A stretch of 64,000 nt of DNA from Tubulanus polymorphus (lineage: Eukaryota; Animalia; Nemertea): positions 12,423,950-12,487,949 of the forward strand of contig NC_134026.1 in assembly GCF_964204645.1 (NCBI RefSeq). Reading direction: 5' to 3'. The notes under the pieces are model-generated. The model searched no databases, was not told the DNA's origin, and saw only the letters and a program-made list of their open reading frames with translations. Below are positions 39,640 to 53,192 of this stretch, in pieces. The translations under genes and the position numbers were made by a program. Numbering within the stretch: the stretch's first letter is position 1; every line of letters begins with the position of its first letter.

Positions 39640-42600
39640 ATTCATCAACTTGAAATGCCATCTGCATCCTCGTATTTACCACCTCAGGCGGTTACAAGTT
39701 GTTCAATACGTTCTCAACGGGATGCTTTTCGATAATATCCACATCGGGCCAAACGAATAAATTTTTCATGCAGTGTTGTTCAAGAAACTGAACGGATATT
39801 AATTCTCCGAAGTCCAATATCTCTAGAATCTGCAAGCAGTTAAACATAACAATCACATGAGAATTGTATTTTTCCATTCAGATGAAATAATACAGCCGAT
39901 TAATACATACCACTCCAAAGTATAAGTGTTTCCTGCGCTTCTCACCTTCCTGATAAAGGGCAATATATGAACCTTCACTACAAAGTAAGTACCCCGGTAC
40001 AAATAAATTATTCATCACTAGTGACTAGATATTTATATTTTATATTTAGAAGCGCAGCAAGTAATTTACCTTATGTTGATTTCTAAAACCATGTTGACAC
40101 CACTTGTCTCAGGCACAGGATCCTGAAATTCAGAATTACACATTATAGCCATTCTCAATATGAAATTTTAATTAAACGGTTTAATTTTTGTTCAATAAAC
40201 TTATACATAATTTTTAGCCTACCGGTTACCGGGTACCTCAGTTACTCATATTACAAATAAACTGACGAAAGTGAACACATATAACATATTTTTTTACTCA
40301 CATGAACTACGGCTAATTGTTCCTTGTCTGGTCTTGATGGAGCCTGTACAATAAAGGAATACAAAGTATGAATATTATTTTCATTAAATTTGCTCATTTC
40401 AAGAGATCTTTTTCAACTTACAGGATTAATGGAGCAAGTTCCATTTTGTGGTCTTGTTGAAGCCTGCAAGAGTTTTTATTAATTATTGAATTAATTTCTT
40501 TATGATGTGTGTTTTTCACCGTTTGATATGAATCGTAGAACTGTTCTTAAACTTACCGTTGTCAAACATTTCTTTTTCCTTCTTTCTAGTTTTTCCTTTT
40601 CTTTTTGTTCTTTCAACTTCTGTTTTGAAACCGCATTTGCATATGCATCATCCGCAGTTAGAATGAAATAACGCTTATCATCGCGTTTTCTTTTCTTTTC
40701 AGTTGGCATCAGTACGGGATAATCCAGCACATCATTGTCGGGATCAGCTAAGTACATAAAAATTAATCAGTAAGTATATGCAATTTGTTTGTAATTATAT
40801 ATTATTTATACTGCATATTTACATGGCGAATAAGTATTATCATTATTTTAAAAATGATCTTAAATCTTACCTGGGGATGAGTTATCGATCGGGAAGCTAT
40901 CGATAACTTCAGCTGATGATTTAGTTTTCAAAATTTTCCATGCTGAATACAGTGCATCATTAGTCAAGTCACAGCCTTCGGTGTATCGTTCTTCAAATTT
41001 TTTCTTCATTTCCCATGAAATGGCTGATTCCATTGCCTTTAAGGCAATGGAATCAGATAGTTATAGGCAGTTATCAATTGTTATCGATAGTTATAGGCAG
41101 TGTCTACAAAATAATATGGTCAACCACTGATTGAGAAGATTATAAAACAATTCACAAATTCAAATATCTCATCCATTTGAAATCATCAATAAAATCTGCA
41201 ATTATCATTTTGAAAAGGATATATTGTGCTTGGACTTGAGAGACTGAAAAAATCAATGATCATGAAAAAGGTTAGAAACTGTACATACAACACACAATGC
41301 AACAAACAATCGAACAGGTCATTAGTCCAAAAACAATCTAAACAAATTAAATAAATCATAAAAAAGTTGAAGTGAAATTAAATCACTATTCACACCTCAC
41401 GAAATGGTTTTTCGCAGATTCCTAAGTAAAAAGTAATGTGAAGAAAATTTTTTTTTCATCTTTACATCTGATAATATAGAACTAGGTTCTCTTAGATATA
41501 TTTTAAATTTTTGTGCAAGTTTTACGAGAAAAATACCTTCGATAATCCTGAAAATGGATCTTGCATCGTTTCAATTGTAGGATCTGATACCTAAAACCCA
41601 TTATAAAAAAAAACATGTAGGCTTACCCCGGTACAGTTAACCTCAATTAAGGGCAATACGGGTTATTTATTATTCAGTAACTCACCACATCAGCAACTCT
41701 TGTGCTTGATGGTAAAAAAGCTTCCTTGGGAATTATCTCGGGATTGAATGGAAAAAGACCACATGCTCGAAAACCATTTCTAAGGTTCTCCGGGGTTATA
41801 CTGAGCCATGTGGGTCTGAAGATCTCAAAGAAACAACTTTTGTTCACTATACGTCCCGGATTTTCGTTATGAAAATTCAAACATAGGCGATTCCATGATG
41901 CTTTCAATGTCTAAAAGCATGATCTTCAAAGAAAGTGAAACATTAATTAGTCAGTTGAGGTATAATTTCGTTGGAAGATGTATTCTTTAATAAAATCTGT
42001 AAGAAGTGTGTTAACCGATCTAAAGGTTGCAACCAATGTGAGGTATGTTCTGGTAATTCTAACAGTGTTACTCCATTTTCTCTCGCCAGCTCGACCAATT
42101 CAAGAAAGTTGTGGCTGTTATGTCCAGCAGATATTAAAATCTGTGGACGAGCCGCTCCAATAGCAGGTAAAAAAATTTTCTTAAACCAAATCGTTGCAAT
42201 TCCCTGTTGAAATCATGAATACATGAAATTTGATAATGCTTTTCACTTCAGGAGCCTGATTCAAAATGTGACTGACAACTAATTACCTGTTTCGTCCAAC
42301 CACTCTCCGATACAGAAACTGTGGTACCTGCCGGTGCGTTCATTGTGTCAACTGAGAGTAATGATGCTGCCGTCTTGCCCTTAAAAATAACGTTAGGGGC
42401 CAGCATCTGCCCAGCAGCATTTCCACATGCCATGATCGTAACTGTGTCGCCATTGTCGCTGATTCGAGATTGAACATACTTGCTCCCTTTTCTGTAAATA
42501 AGAGTTTTGAAAATAAAATTTTCATCGTTATAACGTTCATTCCTAAATCTGTTGTTTTATGACTGTGGTATTGAGTTTCTGTATCTGGATGATTGCTGAT

Positions 42601-43353
42601 AGTCGGAAATTAAAAATACTTCAACAACTCATTAGAATATTGCTGGGCTTAATAACTTGGGTTTAATAAGGGCTATTTATAGACCAACAGTTGAAGTATT
42701 TAAATGATAGGCTAATTTAGTTCAAAGCCTACCGTGCAACAATTTTTCCGGGGACATGAGAAAACTGAACGCCAGTTTCATCGAGATTCCAAATATGCAT
42801 CGGTTGAGCATTTAGCAATACTTTTGTGGCCGATCTAAAGAACATTCCAACCTTCTTAACATTCATGCACTGATGTCGGATTGCCGCAGTGCCCTCTGGC
42901 TTTCGGAGTGCAACAGTGGGGTTTCTGGTTTTGAAGCCAGCCCAGAACTGGTCACTTGGGATAATCTAAAAGTAAAATATATATACCAGTATTAATTATA
43001 AGGGATAAACAACAACCTTTAAGTGAAAATCGTTGGCCTACCTGTTTAAATGGTGTCCCCCTTTTTAAGGCGAGATCACCTGCATATTTCAATAGATTTC
43101 CCTTTGAAAAACCGTAACCGAGGTCTGCACGGTTTTTCGCAAAATCCGCAAGTTTTGATTCATCTGCCTCAGACAGATTCGTCGGTCGACCTAGTTTCCT
43201 TCCTGCAGGAATTTTCCCACTTATTCGGTCATGTAATGTTGATTTTGGTACGCCAAAGTTTTTTGCTGCCGATAATATTGACATCCCATTCTGAACAGCC
43301 TCAACAGCTTCACCCATTTGCACTTCTGTCCAACGCCGATACACTTTTGACAT
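39640..43353 (-). pseudogene. Intron-rich pogo/Tigger-like transposase (HTH_psq, CENP-B HTH, DDE_1)
   Basis: MSKVYRRWTEVQMGEAVEAVQNGMSILSAAKNFGVPKSTLHDRISGK; HIWNLDETG; TIMACGNAAGQMLAPNVIFKGK; SESGW; NGFRACGLFPFNPE. About ten GT-AG introns; frameshifts. TIRs not identified. Confidence 0.85.
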
Positions 43354-45351
43354 AGGCCTAAGTATGGCTCACTCGTCTTTGAGAATAAGAGACCTATTGC
43401 ATTAATCCTTCAATTCAAGTTGCTATACAACCTTTTATACGGATATTTACCTTATATATATAAACATGTATTTGCCATTAGCCATACAATTCAGTAAAAC
43501 TTTTCCCGTCCAGATTTTGAAACATCATTTGACTCAATTTTTCCTCCTAGAAAATTGCTTTAGCTCATTCCAATGTTCGCAGTAAAAGTGACTGTAGCAT
43601 GTATGATTCCCATCCATCAATTTTGTCTTGTTTCGTATTTTTAGCGAAAATCTCGAAAAAGTCTGACGTCGAGGCAGGTGGTGGCCAGACAAAGACATAT
43701 TCTTGGGAAATATTTAAAGACGCATGGCAAACACACTTATTGTTCACTTTTTTCCCATCCTTATTTTGAAATTGAAGTATTGTAATAAACTATTGATTTA
43801 TTTTTGTTGATCAACGCAACTAGTTTTGTTGTTTTCTTTCTTAATTTACATTTGAATTGGATGGTCATCTTGCGTAGGAGTCAGTTTGTCATCGAAGCAA
43901 TAGAGTCTAACTTGTTGACGTCTCAGACGCAGCGGGGCAGGGCGGTCATTATATTGTGGACTTATCCAAATTACACTTACACATCCCAACGTGTTTCAGT
44001 GTGTAAACTCCGTCGTACTCGGCATTATAGGACAGTGAGGAATTGAGTTTTAGTCACCTGAGCCCTCGGCTTGATTGGACCAAAAAGACCTTAACTGACT
44101 TCACAGAATTTGATTATGAGTCAAGGATTTTCTAAATTTCTGAATGCTTTCTCTGGTTTTAAGATCAATTCAAATTCAATCTTCAAAATATTTTATTGAA
44201 AGAAATTCTACTGAAGACAGATTTTGAAATGAAGGATATATCCAGGCAAATAATTACAGCAAAATCAACTGATGATCATCAAGGTGAAGTTTTCATTCAT
44301 CTTCGGCTAATTTGTCTACCCCTGATGATCGAAGCATTTTGGTTACTCGCGCCAATTAGTCAGCCACAGTCGATTTTCATGCCATCTGACCTCTTTCCAT
44401 CTGTAATTAAGCAATCAAATGTAAGAATTACTTAGGTAAGGAGCGGAATAATATATAGATATCTTATGAGTTTGTTCTGAAAATCTATTACTACAGTCTC
44501 GTAGAGCATAGACACCAAGCCACGTGGCATTGGTATTTTAAGGGCTATTCAGTTTACTCCAAAACAAGTCAATGATTAACATTAAAAAAGCTTCATATCA
44601 AGGGTATGTCACAGGACTCGTGGCGCCCATGAATTATCATCCCATAATTACAATGAATCCAATTCTGCATGTACGTTAGCACGACTGATTACTAATCCAA
44701 ATATTGCATTACAAAAAAACAATTACGCAAAACGTCAAGTACTTACAGCATCTGAGACAGTTGCGCTTCAGTTAGAGTGTTAAGTTACGTCTTTGGCTGT
44801 CGATGTCGAAAAAGCCTAATTTGAAACATACATTTGCGCACTGTGGTTTAATATTCCTGCAAGAATCCGCAAAGGAATTGAAGACCGTACCAAAAAAAGC
44901 TAGGCATTAAGTAAGTAGCCAACAATGATCATTGCTTCACCGAGTAGGCCTACTCATTTGCTACCATACTCATATTATTAAAGAAATCATTTAATACATT
45001 CCCTGGTTAACGGATTCTCACCTTAAAATACATAAACTCCGCTGTCGTTGTCATCGATCCGAGTCGTCAACTGAACGCAGAAGTAAAATTCCGTGTGAAA
45101 ATTCCTACAATTTCTGTCCATATCACATTGATTTGAGCCCGAAATCTTCAGGAAATGTAGCCAACGTAAATTGATTTACGAATAGAATTAATCAATTGAC
45201 TCATTTTAGAAATCATGGTTTCGTGAAATTCGTTAAAGTCCTAAAACTCGCGATAAATTTAAGCCGAAAATTATTTCAACCATCCACCATGTTGTTTCAT
45301 TAATAAACAAATTGGTGCGCGCCGGCGCAGCTACGTGTCCTTCCTAAATGC

Positions 45352-45426
45352 ATGGTTTCACTAGGATTCGAACCCTCGACCTCTCAGTTGGGAGTCAAAC
45401 ACCTTATCCACCATGCCACAGGACAG
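45352..45426 (-). pseudogene. tRNA-like (Gly-CCC-like) pseudogene or SINE head inside the Helentron 5' region
   Basis: A-box TGGCATGGTGG, anticodon loop CTCCCAA, B-box GGTTCGAATCC; the acceptor stem does not pair. Confidence 0.55.
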
Positions 45427-45733
45427 GACACTGTTTTTATCGTTAGTGGGAGTACCCGGACAGGGCGAGTCGCGATTGCTACTATCATCCGGTGTTATCT
45501 TTCAGTAAGTAATTTTAAGTTTAAAATAGGACGGAGAGTGCATAGATATAATCTACGCGGAGCGAATGCGTGTTATATTACTATCAGAATTCTACATTTC
45601 AATTAGAAGCTGTTAGTTGTCGAATCTGATAGAAGATGAATTTTATGTGCGAAAAAAGTGGAAAATATGTAAGTAATTATAATAACAATCAACAGAATTA
45701 CAAGAGGGTTTTCGACGAAAGTCAGAAAACCCT

Positions 45734-47899
45734 AATAAATGTGTTTGATTTAGTCAAATTGCCAAAAACAAAAGGTAATAATATAAAACATTATACATTA
45801 GAACCTCTATACTTAGCAAAAGATTATGATTCAAATGATGTTATAGATATATTATATTATAAGAATCATTATATGTGGATTAAAAGAATTGATTTATTTT
45901 TCAAATCAGAAATGATTTTGATAATAAAATATATCTATGTAGAAAATGTATAACTAAATTCAGAACTGAAAGTGCATTATTAAATCATAAACAATTATGT
46001 GAAAATCATGATCATTGTAAAATAGTTTTACCAAATGACAAGGATAAAGTATTAGAATTCAAAAAATATAATTACAAGAATAAAGTACCATTTGTTATAT
46101 ATGGAGATTTTGAATCATTAAATAAAGAATTAACTGATCAAGATAGAAAAGAAATATATCATAAAAGAAATAAATTAAATTCTAATGAAAATGATGTAAT
46201 TGATTATTCAGATCCTCTAATAACAAATACTATTAAAAAAATTCATCAATCAGCTGCAGCTTTCGGGTTATATATAAAATCTGATTACCCAGAACTAATT
46301 AAAAGTGAATATTATAATTATAGAAATCAAAATGTTATCAATCATTTCAATTAATGAGATATAAAGGCGCAATACCATATTCATTTTATAAATCGCATAA
46401 TTATTTCAATATAACTGAATTAGTAAAAGAACAATTCTATGATGAATTAAAAAATGAATATGTTAAAGATGAAGCATATAATAGAACATTGAATATTTGG
46501 AATCATTTTTAAATAACAAATCATGGACAATAAGTAGATTTATATCTAAAATCAGATGTATTATTATTAACTGATATATTTGAAAGGTTTAGAGATGTAA
46601 ACCTAAAATATTTTAATATTGATCCTTGCCATTGTTATTCATCACCAGGATTAACTTGTGATTGTGGTTTAAAATTTACAGATATAAAAATGGATTTGTT
46701 AACAAATATAGATCAATTATTATTATTTGAAAAATCTATAAGAGGAGGAGTTTCAGGTGTATTAGGTGATAGATATTTCAATGTAAATGATAATCCTGGA
46801 TATAAGTTATTATATATAGATGCAAATAATCTTTTTGGATGGGCAATGATGGAACCACAACCTTATGGAGTATTTGAAATAAGTGAAGTTTTACAACATG
46901 AAAATAATGATAGATTTGATTGGAAGAAAAGAATTCTAGATATTGCAGATGATTCAGAGACTGGTTACTTCTTTGATGTAGACTTGGAATATCCTGAAGA
47001 TAGAAAATTTAAATCTAGAAATCTAGCATACTATCCAGAACATAAAACTGTAACGCATGAAGAATTATCAAATTATCAAAAAAGAGTTAAACCCGAAAAT
47101 CATATTCATACAGAAAAGTTAATGGTAACTTAGGAAGATAAATATAAGTATGTAGTGCATTATAGAATGTTAAAATTCTATTTGAATCAAGGATTGATCC
47201 TAAAAAAGTACATAGATATATTTAATTCAGTCAATCTAAATGGTTAGAAAAATATATAGATTTTAACACCAAACAGAGAACTAAAGCTAAAACTGATTTT
47301 GAGAACGATTTCTTCAAACTAATGAATAATGCATTCTATGGTAAGACTTGTGAAAATCTTAGAAATAGAAATGATATTGAGTTAGTTTGTAATGGTAAAA
47401 GAATTAGACATTTACAAACATATCCTAAGTTCATAGGTAACAGAATATTTGATGAAAATTTAGCTGCAGTTGAACATCTATGAAATTTAATAAACCAATT
47501 TATGTTGGAGCTACAGTTTTAGAAATATCGAAGTTATTAATGTTTGAATTCTATTATAACATATTGCAACCTCATTTTGGAGAAAAGCATATAGAAATCG
47601 TATATTTTGATACTGACAGTTACAAGTATTAAAGATAAAAATTAATAACATAACTGATGATTTAAAAACATTAAAACATCATTTCGATTTTAGTAATTAT
47701 CCTAAAGATCATGAATTGTTTAACAATGATGATAGAAAGGTGCCTGGTAAATTCAAAGTTGAATTAGGTGGTGAAGAAATGATTGAATTCATTGGTATAA
47801 GATCTAAAATGTATTCATATAAAACTAAAAATCATGAATCAAAGAAATTGAAAGGAATTACTAAAAGTGTAGTAGAAAAAAATATTCATTTCAAAGATA
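45734..47899 (+). pseudogene. pPolB of copy B, 3' part (internal deletion, frameshifts, C-terminus lost)
   Basis: YGDFESL, YLKSDVLLL, RGGVS, YIDANNLFGWAM, FFKLMNNAFYGKT, YFDTDS, IRSKMYS. About 550 bp (HNH/EndoVII insert plus ExoII) is missing at ~46347 relative to copy D. Confidence 0.93.
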
Positions 47900-48295
47900 A
47901 GGCCAAAAAAAGATGTCTTGTTTCTCATGATTTTGAAATCCCGCCCGCATCGGAAAAATCATCGGCAAATTAGCGATAAAAATAAAGTCCGCCCTACCGC
48001 ATCATAGCTCGAAAATAAAATTTGTTTTTTATAAAAATTAAAATCCGCCCGCCCGCATTGATATAATACGCATATCGTCATCTTTTTATCATTTTATTTC
48101 TCTATGAACGTATCGAGAAAAGTTGATCGTATAAATATCATCGGCACCACACTGGTGACTCGAACCCATATCAACGGAGTCGGTTACCGTAGGCCTAAAT
48201 GTCAAATGCCAGGGTCGCTGTGGAGCTTGATTTCTGGCGTGATTCTTATTTCGAAGCATCTTCACCCGTCAAAAATACTTACTTTATTCATCATA
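47899..48295. mobile_element. One end of a DNA transposon/MITE replacing the centre of Polinton B
   Basis: Abrupt composition change; starts (TA)AGGCCAAAAAAAGATGTCTTGTTTC with CCGCCCGC repeats. The other end is absent. Confidence 0.5.
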
Positions 48296-48397
48296 AGGTA
48301 TTATATAATATATATCTGGTATCATTTCACTTGGACTTTGTATTTCATATATTCCTCCTTCCATTTATAATAAAAAGTTTTATTAAAATTAAAATTC

Positions 48398-49628
48398 TAA
48401 TACATAACACAATTTAATTGAGAATTTACAATATTTAATATAAATGTACATTTTAAAATTTTTGATTCCTTTATTCTTTGTCATGAATAATTGTATCCCA
48501 TCTTTAGTGTTCTGTAATTTTTTTCCAGAACCATGTAATGAATTATCCTCTGTTGTTCTAAAATCTAACCATAATGCATATTTATTACCGGTATAATAAT
48601 CAATTTGATTAATATTACAATTTTTAGATGATTTTACTTTTTCATTCATAAAATGTTTTCTAATTTCTGGCCATTGATCTATCATTCTCATTCCTTGACA
48701 AAATATTTTATTTGCTATACCTTCGATAGTTATTTCTACTTTTGTTATTTCAGGATTATAATAATTATCGACCTGTATTGCGCCATTAGAATATGTTGCA
48801 ATGGTAAAAAATATTAATATACCTTTAATAGATCTTCTTGGGAAGTTAATATTCTCATTAATTATTTCATCACTTGCATTAATAGTTACAGTTTTAAATT
48901 TATCAATATAATAATATAATAATGAAAATCCTTGATTGTATTGAGTTTGAATTATACTTGAAATATTTTCATCAGTTACTGTGTCATATTCTAAACATAT
49001 ATTCGATAATCTATAACCCATATCTTTAACAACGCTAGATAATACAATTTCATTACACAGGAGCAAATGTTATTTCGAATATAATATCTTCTTGAATTGC
49101 GTATTTATATAAAGGTGCATTATTATTTATCAATTCAAAATCTAATGGAATTTTATGTTTGCTTCCATAAATCTTTTTGATCAAATTATCTGCGGTACGA
49201 GTTACTATTGCGTCATTCGCTCCTGATCTTAATTTATTTTGGTTTCCTGATTGGATGCCTTGAAATATCATATTATTTCTATTTTCTTTAGTTAATAATA
49301 AATCTTTGTAATGCATAAATAAATTATAATCATCTAATGAGAAAACTGTTTCTGGACAAATCTTTATAGTTAATTTTTTAATCAAATATCTTCCAACATT
49401 ATCAACAACATAATTATCATTATTACCAGTTACATTTATATCAGCTGATAAATAAATACTATTTGGAACATAAAAAGTATTTTGTGTTAATCTAGGGATT
49501 CTAACATTTAAAGTTTCATCAGGATTACTATTAGAAGGGTTATGAGTAATTGTATGATGAGATCTTTCTGCTTTAATAGCATTAGATATTCTAGGATTCT
49601 TAGAAGGATTTATATAACTCCCACTCAT
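48398..49628 (-). pseudogene. Major capsid protein (double jelly-roll, hexon-like), two frameshifts
   Basis: AIKAERSHHTITHNPS...VRIPRL...NVGRYLIKKL...IPLDF...LSNICLEYDTV...NINFPRRSIKGILIFF...YNPEITKVEITIEG...KYALWLDFRT.ED..LHGSG; about 410 aa; typical of invertebrate group-2 Polinton MCPs. Confidence 0.85.
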
Positions 49629-51339
49629 TTATTTAACAAAAAATTAATTATCATATTCACTAACCCAAAAATAATTGCACTTACAACTGTAATCAAAAAT
49701 AAAATAATATGTTCAGCAGCAGAATAAGTTAAGAATATTCCCAGGAGATTTCAATATAAAACCAACAATTGATGCTATAACTCCGGGTAAAGCTGCAGCA
49801 GATTTTTTAAATAGTTCCCATAAAAAATTTGCTAATTTTTTTAAACCATCCTTAACTTTATCTTGTATAGAATTATTATCATCTGGTGGTTTATCCGGTT
49901 TATTGGGAGTAGGTGTAGATTTTAATGAATTTGATATGGCTAAACCTATTGTCGTGAATACCATAGTTACAGCTGTTAGAATTGAAAGAATTGTTATACC
50001 TTCTAATTTAAATAACAATTTTATTCTGTCTGTCGATGATATTTTAGAATTTGGTTTTATCAACAAATCTTTAAAAATAACTTTTGATTTCTTAATATGA
50101 TTTAGGTCAAATGATTTTAATAATATACCTCTTTCTTTTTCCTGAAATTCTTTGTTATATTTTAAAGAATCTATTTCTTTTTCTAAAGCTAACTTTCTGC
50201 ATTCATAATCAACTTCATCAATTACTTGAAGATCTCTATTTAATTCTAATTGTTTTAATTCTTCATTTGCATTAGTTAATTCTTTTTCTAACATGGTTAT
50301 TTTAGAAAATCTCATCTTAATGTTAGCAATTTCACCAGCTGATTTTTGCATACCTTTAATTTCTCTACGTGCTTGTTCATGAAATGCTTCTAATTCATCA
50401 TCAGTTAAATTAAGTAATCCTTTTTCTAGTAAAGATTGTATTCGATTTATTCTAGTTTCAGTACCGGGTGAATCTAAAACACTATTCATCTCTTCTTCAA
50501 ATGAATGAACTGTATCGAACATGCTATCAAAATGTTTTACTAATTGTAATTGACTTGAATCATTATCAATTTGTTGAATATCTCTTCTCGATGTTTCTGG
50601 TGTTGAAGATCTTAATTTATCTAATCGATCTGCAAAATCTTCATCATTTTCTGGGTCAACAAAAGTAGGTTTTTGATTTGGATTTTTAAGTGGTGAATAT
50701 TCATTAATATCAATATTCTCAATTGGTTCTTCTTCATTTATTCTATCGATGGCATTCCATATAATTCTGAGAAATTCTGAACCACCTTTTGAACGTTCAA
50801 TTGTAGATCCTGCATGCATTTCAGGATGGTACAGATCTTCTCCCATTTTAGATAATTTTAATTTAACATTATCACCATTTAAGTCAAGATTATAAAACCA
50901 TGAATCATTTTTAAATTCTAAATTATTCATGAAATGTGGATCTTTTTCTCTAATGTGAGTTATCTGTTATATTTTTTGTTAATAATTCTTCAATAACTGT
51001 ATTTGTTACACTATGTTTTATGTATAATAATTCTTTTTTCAATACAGGGTTTTCTGTTCTTTCTGATCTATTAATTAAATCTTTTCTTTCTGGTCTAGTT
51101 TTGATTATTATCTCATCGCGGTTTCTTTAATAATCTATTAATTTTTCACTTGTTTCAGTATCATCTTTAAATTTATCATAATCATATAATATAGGCCCAC
51201 TAGAATCATCTTCACCTAAATTAGTATTATATGCTGCTCCACCATCATTATCAATATTAGTTTCATTAAAATCAGGTTGTGGTTCCTCACTTATACCAGG
51301 GGCGTCACCAAAAGTATCCATTGGAATATCTTCTTCCAT
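49629..51339 (-). pseudogene. Large acidic/coiled-coil protein with C-terminal hydrophobic helices (conserved Polinton membrane-associated protein)
   Basis: ORFs 51127-51339 and 49713-50930; DRIKLLFKLEGITILSILTAV...AAALPGVIASIVGFILK...AEHIILFLITVV. Confidence 0.7.
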
Positions 51340-51360
51340 TTATATAATAAAAAATTAAAA

Positions 51361-52721
51361 TTAAAAATATAATATTCCTCCTATTACAATTCCTATACAA
51401 GTAATAGCTAATTTAGCATTTTCATGGGATTTATTATCATTATTAGTTTTAGTTATATCATGTTGAATATTATCAGTTTTTATATCACCGTGTGGGTGCC
51501 GTACTGCACCATTTTCTGTAGTATTGTAATCTTTTATTTTAGAATCATTATCCAATTTAATATTCTTAGTTTTAGTTTCTGTTGATTGAATATGTTTTTT
51601 AATTTTTTCACCTTCCATTAATTTTGGAGCAGTAATAATCTTTTTATTTATATCATTCAATCCAAACTAACTATTTATTGTTGCAGTTTTAATTAGATTA
51701 TTATAACCAATTATATTTCCCACCTTTAATACTAAATCATTAGAAATAATTAATAGATTAGGACCTATACAATAATTTAATCTAATATGTGATTTATCTA
51801 AATAATTTTGATATCTTACTATATTTTCTGGAATCGATCTATTTTTATCATTATGAATTGAATCTTCAAATAATACTTTGAATTGTTTCTGTGCGTCAAA
51901 TGAAGTGTTATACTTTTCCAACTATTGGTGATCTTGTTTCAACCTGTACACCTAGAATACATATCAAATAAGTTCTAATAGATTGATTTATTCTTTGTAT
52001 TCCAGCTTTAGTAAATCCTTCACTATTTTCTAAAACGAAATTAATCCATCCATTTTTATTTTGTTGTTGTATATTATTATAATATTTTGGTAATTCATTC
52101 CAATTTAGTGTTATTATATCTGTATTTGTTATTATTTTACCAAATTCTTTAGTATATAATATTCCTAATCCACCCATTGTACCAATTTTTGCTCTAAAAT
52201 CATTATTTGAATTAATATTAAATTCATTATATATTTTATAAAACTTAGAAAACTTAATATTATTATTTAGTTCATTAAAATATTTTGAACCTGGTAAAGG
52301 ACATTCTAATTCACTCAATATCAATTTTATTTGAAAATATCTATGAAATCTAAAAAGTGATAATAGCAATGGTAAACTTGGTTTGTTTAAATGATCATTC
52401 CAACTTATACCACACCCTGTTGTTGCGCAATAAACAGCAAAATTTAATTGGTTCTGCCAATACTTCATATTAGATTTTAATAACCATTGTTTTGCCTCAT
52501 TTAAATTTTCAAAATTAATTACGTAAATATTGAATATATTTTCCATCTTTGCATTAAAACTATTAGTTTCAGTAACATAAATATCTAAATTAATTAATGA
52601 ATTTAAAACTAAATTTTTATATGGAATATCTTTATTAAAATGGAATATCTTTATTAAAATCTATTGCAGGAATATTATATTTAATTGATTTATTATATTG
52701 GAAAGCTTTTGGAAACCCCAT
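51361..52721 (-). pseudogene. Conserved Polinton protein with C-terminal TM anchor, frameshifted
   Basis: NMKYWQNQLNFAVYCATTGCGIS...FRFH.YFQ...GFTKAGIQRINQSIRTYLICILGVQVETRS...HENAKLAITCIGIVIGG. Confidence 0.7.
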
Positions 52722-52737
52722 TTACTTAATTCAAAAA

Positions 52738-53173
52738 TTAATAATTAACTAATTCTTTTAATAATTTATCTTGTTCTTCAACTGTTATATTACCATTTAA
52801 ACTTATTATATAATCTAGTGTATTTTTAAATTTATTAATTTCTTTTATATTAGTTTTAATTTTTTCTTTATTACTTTTTATATTTAATTTTGAACTTATA
52901 CCAGTTAAAACACTTGAACTTAATCCTAGCATCCCTAATTGATAGAGCTAAAGGTGTTAATGGTGAGAATATTGCTAGAAATGTTATTACAGAACTAATT
53001 GTAACTGAACCACTGATAATAAAATAATAAATAATTTTACTTTTTAAATATTTTTTTTTTCAAATCTTTAAGTCACTTTCAAATTCTAATATTTCTTTTT
53101 CTAAATATGTTTTTAATTTAGTTTTATTTATATCATGAGGAATAATATCAATATTACCAACTTTATCATCCAT
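52738..53173 (-). pseudogene. Small two-helix hydrophobic protein (candidate adintovirus 'GasderminX'-like membrane-active protein)
   Basis: Basic helix followed by SVTISSVITFLAIFSPLTPLAL..LGLSSSVLTG. Family assignment is inference. Confidence 0.5.
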
Positions 53174-53192
53174 TTATTTAGAAAAGAAATTA

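Larger units (their letters stand above)
24395..45737 (-). mobile_element. Helentron/HINE (Helitron2-type) non-autonomous element, ~21.3 kb including nested inserts
   Basis: Minus-strand 5' end TTATTAGGGTTTTCTGA with an adjacent inverted copy (hairpin 45705-45733). The 3' end has subTIR TCAGAAAACCC (24420-24430), stem-loop GCTGC-TTT-GCAGC (24401-24413) and TATATT. The flanks rejoin as pPolB AGAATAAATGT(A/G)TTTGAT. No Rep/helicase seen. Confidence 0.85.

Noticed and set aside
48296-48364. Truncated ORF ending YYIIPY, reminiscent of a galactosyltransferase IIPYR motif
   Set aside because: Only ~22 frameshifted codons; no basis for assignment.
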